Positions 7,801 to 15,656 of a DNA stretch of 20,000 nucleotides are shown here, piece after piece; the stretch's first letter is position 1; every line of letters begins with the position of its first letter. The DNA comes from an uncultured virus (IMG/VR IMGVR_UViG_3300020049_005154). Lineage: Duplodnaviria > Heunggongvirae > Uroviricota > Caudoviricetes. The stretch lies in the IMG/VR virus record IMGVR_UViG_3300020049_005154. One strand, written 5' to 3'. The notes below the pieces were generated by a model. The model made no database searches. It saw nothing but the letters and a program-made list of their open reading frames with translations, and was not told the origin of the DNA. A program made the position numbers and the translations under genes.

Positions 7801-8237
7801 TTGAAATATACACTGATGGCGGGTGCAGGCCCAATCCTGGTAATGGGGGCTGGGCTGCTATCATATACTATGGCTATGTGCCTGTACCTATTGAACTGTC
7901 CGGCTATGTAGAGGGCACTACTAACAATAGGATGGAGATTCAGGCAGTAATAGAAGCTCTGACCTACATTGGGAATGATAGCAACGCGAAGATAGTTATT
8001 ACTACAGATTCTCAGTATGTAAAGAATGGCATTACTTCTTGGATTCATAGTTGGAAGAAGAACCATTGGCGCAACAGTGCAGGAGAGGTAGCCAATAAGG
8101 ACTTATGGCAACGGCTAGATGCGCTAGTACAAGGCAAGGACATTACATGGAAGTGGATTAGAGGGCATTGTGACAACCCTCACAATGATAGATGCGATGA
8201 ACTATGCACTATGGAAATTCTAAAGGATAGAAGCTAA
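7797..8237 (+). CDS. rnhA: Ribonuclease HI
   Basis: IYTDGGCRPNPG.GGW, TTNNRMEI.A, TDSQYV, NKDLW, WIRGH, NDRCDEL: complete acidic catalytic set. Confidence 0.97.
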   Translation: MIEIYTDGGCRPNPGNGGWAAIIYYGYVPVPIELSGYVEGTTNNRMEIQAVIEALTYIGNDSNAKIVITTDSQYVKNGITSWIHSWKKNHWRNSAGEVANKDLWQRLDALVQGKDITWKWIRGHCDNPHNDRCDELCTMEILKDRS

Positions 8238-8238
8238 C

Positions 8239-8475
8239 ATGAATAAGCTAGCTAAGCCTATTGATGAGATGCCTAGACACGACGGCAAGAAATACCTAGT
8301 ATACCATATATCGGCAGGAAGATGGGTTGATGCGTACTGGGATACTCTTCTATGGCATTTACAGGACAAAGAAGTAACAAATATCCTATACACTTGCGAT
8401 AGCCAATGTAGGACTAAAGAGAAGGACATCAAATGGCATTACTCGCACTATATGCCACAACCTCCTAAGCCATAA
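8239..8475 (+). CDS. Small hypothetical protein (loosely DUF551-like)
   Basis: KPIDEMPRHDGKKYLV...SHYMPQPPKP pattern; tightly packed between neighbours. Confidence 0.65.
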   Translation: MNKLAKPIDEMPRHDGKKYLVYHISAGRWVDAYWDTLLWHLQDKEVTNILYTCDSQCRTKEKDIKWHYSHYMPQPPKP

Positions 8476-8479
8476 CCCT

Positions 8480-9460
8480 ATGCTACACTTTCCAAGAAAG
8501 GTGCTAGTTGACTGGCTGGAAAGTAGCCTAGGTGTGCTTACCAAGGGTGGGGACAGAGTGCGACTAGCAGCCTGCCCTTGGTGCGGACGATCAAGACCAG
8601 CCTATGTATTCAACCTATCATCGCAACGATTCAGATGCTATAGGTGCGGCACTAAAGCAGGGCTGTACGATCTGGTCAAGAAGGTTAACCCTAACTGCTT
8701 CACCTTAGAAGACATCATCAAAGACATCTATAGTGGCGGGGATGTCTGGGGTATGGAGTTTACAGATGGCCTGGAGCAACAAGCCTTTGAAGACTTCTGG
8801 ACGGGGTTTACTGATAAGTTTCCTGAAGAGACTCTAGCCATGCCGGTAGATTACTCCTGTGACTTCTCTACCCCTATAGGTGAATGCGTATACAGGTATG
8901 CTGAGATGCGTAAGCTACCTACTGAGGCTATACAATCAGGGGAGATAGGCTACGCCAAGGGTACTATGAGTAACAGGCTAGTCTTCCTTATAGTAGAGAA
9001 CAAGAAAGTAGTCTACTGGTTTGGCAGAGCTATCTATGATTGGATGGCACCAAAGGTACTGTACCCTAAGAATACCTCGGTAGGCAAAGGCAAGGATGAA
9101 GTAGTATTCGGATTGGATAAGCTACAGAAAGGAGATAGAGTAGCTTGCTGTGAGGGCGGTATCTCTGCCCTCTCTGCTACTAGGGATGGCTGGAAAGGAA
9201 TAGCTATCCTGGGTAATGAGATGTCCTACCATCAAGCCTACAAGATAAGTAAGCTAACACCTAGTAGATTTGTGTTCTTACGGGAGGATGGAATATCTAT
9301 GCAACATGCCGCTGACCAATGTCTCAGACTAGAATCCTTTGGTACTGAGGCAGAAGTAGGAACGCTAATCAATGGCGATCCTAACGATGATCCTACGCAG
9401 CTAGTTAAGGTATACAGCAACACAAGTAAGGTATCCCCATTCACAGGATGGTTTCAATGA
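8480..9460 (+). CDS. DnaG-type DNA primase (zinc finger plus TOPRIM)
   Basis: CPWC...FRCYRCG zinc finger, NRLVF...VVYWFGRAI, VFGLD, CEG, GIAILG, GDPND. Confidence 0.88.
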   Translation: MLHFPRKVLVDWLESSLGVLTKGGDRVRLAACPWCGRSRPAYVFNLSSQRFRCYRCGTKAGLYDLVKKVNPNCFTLEDIIKDIYSGGDVWGMEFTDGLEQQAFEDFWTGFTDKFPEETLAMPVDYSCDFSTPIGECVYRYAEMRKLPTEAIQSGEIGYAKGTMSNRLVFLIVENKKVVYWFGRAIYDWMAPKVLYPKNTSVGKGKDEVVFGLDKLQKGDRVACCEGGISALSATRDGWKGIAILGNEMSYHQAYKISKLTPSRFVFLREDGISMQHAADQCLRLESFGTEAEVGTLINGDPNDDPTQLVKVYSNTSKVSPFTGWFQ

Positions 9461-9708
9461 TTCGCAAATTCCGCAAGAAGCCTGTAGTTATTGAGGCAAT
9501 TCAATTTACCTGCAATGATAGAGAGTGTAAGGCATTCTGCCCCACTGCTAGAGACCCCGTAGACGATAGGCCCAACCTTATTATTCCTACCTTAGAAGGA
9601 GACCATCTAGTATCTATGGGGGACTACATAATCAAAGGCGTTAAAGGGGAGTTTTATCCATGCAAGCCAGACATCTTTGAGATGACTTACGAGGAGATAG
9701 ACCAATGA
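9457..9708 (+). CDS. Conserved phage hypothetical protein (KKPVVIEA...TLEG...GDYIIKG..GEFYPCKPDIF family)
   Basis: Recognisable widespread phage family; start set at the ATGA overlap with the primase stop. Confidence 0.85.
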   Translation: MIRKFRKKPVVIEAIQFTCNDRECKAFCPTARDPVDDRPNLIIPTLEGDHLVSMGDYIIKGVKGEFYPCKPDIFEMTYEEIDQ

Positions 9709-9995
9709 CGTAAGAAAACCTAGAGCTTGCTGCTGAGATTTTTGAAATAGCTGAAACACTTAAAGCTGAGATAGATGACGGATATTATTTGGGCGACCCT
9801 GAATATATTGAAACTGAATTTGATAAACTGCAAAGTCATATTTTCAAACACTACAATGAATACGGCGGCTCTACTGTAGAATGGCGTAAAAGCGCAGAAG
9901 ATGCACCACTTAAGTTAGCAGCATATGCTATTCTAGCACATAGGGCTATATGGGATGAACGGGATAGACTACTGCTAGATAAGGAAGGGCTGTAG
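9705..9995 (+). pseudogene. Hypothetical gene interrupted by TAA at codon 3
   Basis: GAGGAG (9691-9696), then ATG ACG TAA GAA AAC..., in frame with track ORF 9789..9995; the intervening peptide ENLELAAEIFEIAETLKAEIDDGYY is protein-like. Confidence 0.7.
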
Positions 9996-9996
9996 A

Positions 9997-10188
9997 ATGA
10001 ACATCCCAGATCAAGAATACATTGCCCTACTAGAAGAGCGCACACAACTACTTGAACTTGTAGCTTTGATATGCAGGGATGGTGGACACTACTATCAAGA
10101 GCATGGCGAACAGAAGACGGTAGCACATTGCGTAGAAGAATGGACCAAACTAATTACAAAGGCTGAAGCATATGACAGCATTGAATAA
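9997..10188 (+). CDS. Small hypothetical phage protein (RDGGHY motif)
   Basis: LICRDGGHYYQEHG resembles a motif I recall from small phage proteins; tight packing. Confidence 0.7.
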   Translation: MNIPDQEYIALLEERTQLLELVALICRDGGHYYQEHGEQKTVAHCVEEWTKLITKAEAYDSIE

Positions 10189-10870
10189 GTATGACCTAGC
10201 ATTCGCAGTTACAAGACTGCCAAAGAGGGTTGCCGATCTACTTAAGCGAGAAGGCCCAAAGCTATTCATTGCCGGTGGTTATCTTAGGTCTATTGTAGCT
10301 AATGAAACCATCAACGACATCGACATCTTTACTGACGATAAAGCATCAGCTAAGCGATTCGCTAAAGAGCTATTAGATACTAACTTCCACGATAAGCTAG
10401 TAGAATCTCCTAACGCGATTACGCTAGTAACTAAGCCATATGTGATTCAGTTTATTACTAGGTGGACATTCAATAGGCCGGAAGAGGTACTGCCCAGCTT
10501 CGATTACACAATTGCCAAGGCCGCTTTGTGGTATGAAAATAAGGAATGGAAGTCGTCAGTAGATGATAACTTCTATGTAGACCTAGCAGCTAGGCGCCTA
10601 GTGTATACATCCCCACAGCGTAACGAAGATGCAGGTGGCAGTATCATTCGTATGCTGAAGTTCTACCAGAAGGGCTACAGGATTACCCTTCAATCCCTAG
10701 CAGCGGTAGTTGCTAGACTTAATACAGGTATCAAAGACCCAAGAGCGTTTGAGTTCGAGAGTAGGATGGCTACACTTCTCACAGGGCTACTTGTGGAAGT
10801 TGACCCGCATAGCGCGGACAGTTACATCATTAGGACTGAGGCAGAAGCGAAAGGCGAGCAAGATGCCTAG
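10172..10870 (+). CDS. Pol-beta superfamily nucleotidyltransferase (poly(A) polymerase / CCA head-like)
   Basis: FIAGGYLRS...INDIDIF (hG[GS]...DxD signature), IQFI, FDYTI, R.LKF.QKGY. Confidence 0.85.
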   Translation: MTALNKYDLAFAVTRLPKRVADLLKREGPKLFIAGGYLRSIVANETINDIDIFTDDKASAKRFAKELLDTNFHDKLVESPNAITLVTKPYVIQFITRWTFNRPEEVLPSFDYTIAKAALWYENKEWKSSVDDNFYVDLAARRLVYTSPQRNEDAGGSIIRMLKFYQKGYRITLQSLAAVVARLNTGIKDPRAFEFESRMATLLTGLLVEVDPHSADSYIIRTEAEAKGEQDA

Positions 10871-11144
10871 CTCAAACGATAGACTAAGAAAGAAGTTCTT
10901 TACTTACAACAGTGAAGGTAGAATAGTCGGTGACGGTATAGGCAAAGCAGAGGCTACCATAGAAAGGTATGGTGGAAAGATTCTACCTCGTGGTACGATT
11001 ATCATGCCCAAACTGCTGCCGGGAAGAGACTCTGATATGACAGAATTCTCGGATGCTATTGATTGGCTATGCCTAGAGTGGGACTATGATACCACTACCC
11101 AAGAAGAGATAGATTTTATGGAGGGGCGAAACCCTAATGAATGA
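10863..11144 (+). CDS. Small hypothetical protein (DAIDWL.LEWDY motif)
   Basis: ATG 10863 overlaps the nucleotidyltransferase stop; same frame as track ORF 10710..11144. Confidence 0.7.
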   Translation: MPSSNDRLRKKFFTYNSEGRIVGDGIGKAEATIERYGGKILPRGTIIMPKLLPGRDSDMTEFSDAIDWLCLEWDYDTTTQEEIDFMEGRNPNE

Positions 11145-13827
11145 AATAGTAGCCCCTGATTTCTCTATACTGAAACAGCCTATAGAAGCTTGTGCTAAAT
11201 GCGGTATCTGCCAGCAATGCAGAAGTCCTTACATGCTAGGCAGAGGTAAGTGGAGCAAGCCTAAGCTAATGATTATCTCTGAAGCACCAGGAGAACAGGA
11301 AGACTTTGCCGATATGGCATTGATCGGTCCTGCTGGTGCTCTGCTTGATAAGATGCTTACATGTTTGCAGATAGATAAGACAGACATCTACTATAGCCAA
11401 GCTGTACGGGGACGACCGCCCGGCAATAAGATGTATGATAAGTACATTGGCTACTGTTCCCCCTACATCCGCAAGGAGATAGAGCTAGTACAGCCTACAG
11501 TTATCATTACCCTAGGCAACAGTGCTCTTAAGTCTCTCACTGGTGAAGGTAGTATCACTATCAATAGGGGTAGCATCAAGAAGCTAAACGACATTCCTAT
11601 TGTCCCTACCTATAGCCCTTCTAAGTATCTGAGAAGTAGCGATCAGAATGACTATGATCTTATGCTTCAGGACATTAAGAAGGCATGGGACTTAGCCAAT
11701 GGTGCAGCAGAACCTACTAAGATGCCTGTCAACTATAGGATTGTACGTAACCTAGAACAGTTGATAGAGATGTACAATGAGTGTATGGCTGCACCTATTC
11801 TATCATGCGATATTGAAACCTCTGGCCTTAGCCCTCATAGCAATACAGCTAAGGTAGTGTGCATACAATTCTCCGCCACCCCCTACACTGGATGGCTAGT
11901 ACCTATTCAACATGCCGAATGCTTTGATCTACCTAACTGTGTAGCTTGTGTTAAGGACATCCTTACTAAGCATACAGGGCTAATTGGGCACCATCTTAAG
12001 TTCGATTGGAAGTACATTGAACATGTGCTTAGGTTTAGGCCAGCACTACCTGTAGCTGATACTATGGTAATGCACCACTTGCTCTATGAAGAAGAGAGCA
12101 AGATTGGTATGCTTAAGCTAAAGTCAATGGCCCAGAGGTACACAGACTTAGGCAACTATGCGCCCGATGACTCGGATGAATTCTTCGCATCGTTGCCTAC
12201 TATGCCTCTGGACCAGCTAGTTAGCTATGCTTGCTCTGACGTTGATACAGTGCAGAGGGTCTACCTTCAGCTTAAGCCACTGATCGATACTGAAGGTAAT
12301 CTAGCACAAGCACTTAGGTACGAGATGATTAAGCAGATGCTCTGTGCAGATATGGAACGCAGAGGCGCTTGCATCAATTGGGAATACCATGCCTACTTGA
12401 TGGAAGAATTCCCCAAGCGTATATCTAAAGAGCTAGACATTGTACGCTCCTTCTCAGAAGTACTAGACGTAGAGGATCAACTAGTAGAGGAGTATGTAGC
12501 TAAGCATTTAGCAAATAAGCACAAGACTATCAAGACAGAGATAACCCAAGAGAGGCTTGATGCTTGGGCTGTTAAGGCTAAGGAGAAGGCTATCGCTGAA
12601 ATCAGGTTCAATCCTAAATCCCCAGACCAGTTACGTAAGCTAATGGTGGATAGGCTAGGACTACCTGAAATTGTATTCACTGATTCAGGAGAGCCTTCTT
12701 GTGGCAAGGATGCAAGGGGCGCTTGGCTCATGGCACTGAAGGGTAAAGGCATCAAGGCCGACATCATTAATGCTGTAGCTGAATACCTGATAGCCCACTC
12801 TACCTATAGCTTCGTTAAGCAGTATGGCGAGCATAAAGCAGACGACGGTAAGCTACACTGTAACTACAATACCTGTACCGCAGTAACCTTTAGACTGAGT
12901 TCCAGTGGAGTAAATCTGCAAAATTTGCCTAGAGATGATGAGTCTCAGGAAAAGAAGGAACAAGGTCTTGTAGGTAAAGGAGACATCAAGAGGCTCTTCA
13001 TTGTACCACATCAGGGGTGGAAGCTGTATGAGCCAGATGGTAAGCAGATTGAGCTAGTCATTGCAGGGTTGCTATCCCAAGACCCTGAGATGCTACATGC
13101 TTTCAGTAATGGTATTGACCTGCACTATATGCTGGCATCTAAGGTGTATGGCAAGCCAGCCTGTGAAGTATCTGACAAGGAGAGAACTGAAGCTAAGAAG
13201 GCTAACTTTGGTGCTCTCTATGGTATCAGTCCGGGACAGCTATCTCTGAAGAACAAGATTCCTCTTGACACCGCTAAGGCTTTCATTGAAGAGTTCTGGC
13301 GGACGTTCAAGGGATTCCAACGCTGGGTGCTGGAAACACAGACGTTCGCCCGCCTGAATGGCTACGTTGACTGCCCGTTGGGGCACAGGCGCCACCTTCC
13401 CGCCGCACAGTCGGCAGACCAGGAGGCTAGATCAGAAGCACTACGCCAAGCAGTCAATACCCCTATCCAGAATACTGCTAGTAACATCATCATCTATGCT
13501 GCTTCAGTAGCTAACAATATCTTCAGGCAGCTAAAGTTACAGGCATACATCTTTGGGCAGGTACATGACTCTGTTTGGGTAGCTTCACCAGAGGAAGAAG
13601 AAGCACTAGCACTAGGTATAGTAATGTACTGTATTGAAAACATGCCGTTTGATTTCTTACATGGCAGAGATGAAAGATACCCTGTACCTCTAAGGATTCA
13701 AGCGGGAATCAAATCAGGAATCAACCTATGTGACACAGCTAAGACTACTGTTAAACTCACACCAGAAATAGCGGCTATCTGCCGACCACACCTAGACCTA
13801 TTCCTCCAAGGAAAAATCCTTACATGA
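11137..13827 (+). CDS. Family A DNA polymerase with N-terminal UDG family-4-like domain and 3'-5' exonuclease (SPO1-type architecture)
   Basis: UDG-like: CAKC, SEAPG, GPAG.LL, RPPGN, EIELVQP..IITLG. Exo: DIET, HLKFD, YACSD. Pol: RLSS..NLQN, D..QIEL, RTEAKKANFGALYG, VHDS. GGAGG RBS. Confidence 0.95.
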   Translation: MNEIVAPDFSILKQPIEACAKCGICQQCRSPYMLGRGKWSKPKLMIISEAPGEQEDFADMALIGPAGALLDKMLTCLQIDKTDIYYSQAVRGRPPGNKMYDKYIGYCSPYIRKEIELVQPTVIITLGNSALKSLTGEGSITINRGSIKKLNDIPIVPTYSPSKYLRSSDQNDYDLMLQDIKKAWDLANGAAEPTKMPVNYRIVRNLEQLIEMYNECMAAPILSCDIETSGLSPHSNTAKVVCIQFSATPYTGWLVPIQHAECFDLPNCVACVKDILTKHTGLIGHHLKFDWKYIEHVLRFRPALPVADTMVMHHLLYEEESKIGMLKLKSMAQRYTDLGNYAPDDSDEFFASLPTMPLDQLVSYACSDVDTVQRVYLQLKPLIDTEGNLAQALRYEMIKQMLCADMERRGACINWEYHAYLMEEFPKRISKELDIVRSFSEVLDVEDQLVEEYVAKHLANKHKTIKTEITQERLDAWAVKAKEKAIAEIRFNPKSPDQLRKLMVDRLGLPEIVFTDSGEPSCGKDARGAWLMALKGKGIKADIINAVAEYLIAHSTYSFVKQYGEHKADDGKLHCNYNTCTAVTFRLSSSGVNLQNLPRDDESQEKKEQGLVGKGDIKRLFIVPHQGWKLYEPDGKQIELVIAGLLSQDPEMLHAFSNGIDLHYMLASKVYGKPACEVSDKERTEAKKANFGALYGISPGQLSLKNKIPLDTAKAFIEEFWRTFKGFQRWVLETQTFARLNGYVDCPLGHRRHLPAAQSADQEARSEALRQAVNTPIQNTASNIIIYAASVANNIFRQLKLQAYIFGQVHDSVWVASPEEEEALALGIVMYCIENMPFDFLHGRDERYPVPLRIQAGIKSGINLCDTAKTTVKLTPEIAAICRPHLDLFLQGKILT

Positions 13828-15038
13828 CTTTCGTTGACACCCGAGAAATCTCAGCAGCGCGCGCAGCAGAAATGAAGGCCCAGGATAAGGAAGCCAGCAA
13901 GGCTTACTATCAAGGTGGAGATTACCTTCAGAAGTTTGAAATGCCAAAGGATATGGCCCCAGGTACATATCGCGTACTGCGGTTTATCGTTCCTGACTAT
14001 GTTACTCCGCAGAACTTGACTGCCTTTAACCATATGGGTATTACCTACTGCTTCGCTTCAGCAGCTACAGTAGGCTGGGGCAAGATGGCTAACTACCGTG
14101 CGTATGTTGACCCTTCCCCCTTTGGTCAGCCTAACCCTTATGGTGAATACTCCCACTGGATTACTACTCAGGGCACTAAGACAGATCGTGAACGGCTTGC
14201 AGAGATTAGGTTTAATCGCTCCCACCATGCTTTCGTTCTGGATATTACAGACCAGAATAGCTTTAACCTTGGTCTACAGATGTGGAGCAATATCCCCTTC
14301 TCTGTAGTTGAAGCCCTTACTCAGCTTGCCGAACAGCGTAACCCTATGGACCAGAGCAAGCACGCCTACCCCTGCTTCTGGCACCCAGAACAGGGCTTCC
14401 CTATCCTTGTGCGTCGCTTTGCTAGCGATGGCGGCAAGACTAAGTATGAGATTAAGCCATACATGGCTGGCAATGAGGCGGGGCAGATCGTGCTCCAGTG
14501 TGGCCCTATCCCTAATGCTGTAGAAGTTATGAAGCAGGCCAACGAGAATGACATTGGCGGCTTCATCTATCTTGAAACCGAAGAGACTATTAGGGAAATG
14601 CTCTCCGGTAAGGAAGTTGATGCTAAGGTTAAGCGTACCCGTCGTGAACTTAGGGATAAGATGCTTGGCCGTGATCCTGTGTGCAGGTTCAAGGACTTCA
14701 CTAAGAAGGGTGGCGACGGTATCCCTGATGCTGCTAAGGCTGGGTCTGTTGAGTTCAATCGCCCTCCCGTTACTACGCCTAATACCGCCCCAGCACCCTT
14801 TGGGCTACCTGCTACTGCCGCCCCTCCCGCCGTCCCGTTCGTTAGTACTGTCCCGGCACGGGAGGAGATGCCACACATGGGGGCTCCGGCCCCCGCTGCT
14901 GCCTTCGTTGCGCCTCCGATCGCCGTTCCTCCTCCTGTCGCTGCTGCCCCTGCCATTCAGCCTCCGGGGACGGTTGCCGCTGCTGCTAGTACTCCCCCTC
15001 CCGCTGGTATGCCGCCCTGGCTCCAGAAGCAAGGATAA
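13824..15038 (+). CDS. Probable single-stranded DNA-binding protein (T4 gp32-like) with Pro/Ala-rich tail
   Basis: Sits right after the polymerase; VLRFI and HPEQGFPILVRR...GKTKYEIKP resemble gp32-like OB-fold phage SSBs. Confidence 0.65.
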   Translation: MTFVDTREISAARAAEMKAQDKEASKAYYQGGDYLQKFEMPKDMAPGTYRVLRFIVPDYVTPQNLTAFNHMGITYCFASAATVGWGKMANYRAYVDPSPFGQPNPYGEYSHWITTQGTKTDRERLAEIRFNRSHHAFVLDITDQNSFNLGLQMWSNIPFSVVEALTQLAEQRNPMDQSKHAYPCFWHPEQGFPILVRRFASDGGKTKYEIKPYMAGNEAGQIVLQCGPIPNAVEVMKQANENDIGGFIYLETEETIREMLSGKEVDAKVKRTRRELRDKMLGRDPVCRFKDFTKKGGDGIPDAAKAGSVEFNRPPVTTPNTAPAPFGLPATAAPPAVPFVSTVPAREEMPHMGAPAPAAAFVAPPIAVPPPVAAAPAIQPPGTVAAAASTPPPAGMPPWLQKQG

Positions 15039-15043
15039 CTACT

Positions 15044-15352
15044 ATGCCTACGCCAGAACAAGAAACTAAAGAACCTATAGGACACTACACCTATATATAC
15101 TCATGTAGCAACTGTGATATGATATTTCAGAACAAGATTCCAAAGGGTACTACTCTACCACGTAACGATGAGTGTACTAGCTGCGGATGCAAGACAGCCA
15201 ATCCGTATAAGGGTAGCGATAGGCTAGTTAAAGCGTATGAAGGTATACTGCCTGCTATAAAGAAGCGTAGTCTGCTTGACGAATTCAGAGAAGAACGCGA
15301 CATGCTCGGTAAACCTATAGCTAGACTAGCGATAACAGGACTGAAAGGATAA
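15044..15352 (+). CDS. Zinc-ribbon protein (FmdB-like)
   Basis: YIYSCSNCDMIF...CTSCG; AAGGA RBS. Confidence 0.75.
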   Translation: MPTPEQETKEPIGHYTYIYSCSNCDMIFQNKIPKGTTLPRNDECTSCGCKTANPYKGSDRLVKAYEGILPAIKKRSLLDEFREERDMLGKPIARLAITGLKG

Positions 15353-15354
15353 AC

Positions 15355-15380
15355 TAAGGGGGCTAGCAATAGCCCCCTTA
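15355..15380. terminator. Perfect 11-bp hairpin TAAGGGGGCTA-GCAA-TAGCCCCCTTA (terminator or RNA-stabilising stem)
   Basis: Intergenic perfect inverted repeat with GNRA tetraloop; no real U-tract follows. Confidence 0.65.
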
Positions 15381-15389
15381 ATACTAACT

Positions 15390-15656
15390 ATGGCTAAAGC
15401 TTTAGTGAAAGAACTTAACTGGCAAGAGTTTAAAGACCTCGACGATGGCACAATACAGTACTTACTGGCTATCAATTTAGGTAACTTTACTATGGCTGTA
15501 TACATAAGCGAAGCTGATGCAGCAGGACGCTACATTGTGCATGGGCCTAATTTTAAAACATCCTACTGGCCTTCAGTGGACCACGCTAAAGCCTACGTAA
15601 AACGCACCCTACGCATGGTATCTAGAGAAGTTACAAGGACTAAACTAAATGGCTAA
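15390..15656 (+). CDS. Small hypothetical protein
   Basis: 88-aa ORF filling the gap; overlaps the recA start. Confidence 0.7.
   Translation: MAKALVKELNWQEFKDLDDGTIQYLLAINLGNFTMAVYISEADAAGRYIVHGPNFKTSYWPSVDHAKAYVKRTLRMVSREVTRTKLNG

Noticed and set aside
11137..13827. Intein or intron in the polymerase (also considered for the helicases and RecA)
   Set aside because: Motif spacing is continuous, with no intein splice motifs, homing-endonuclease signature or frame break.
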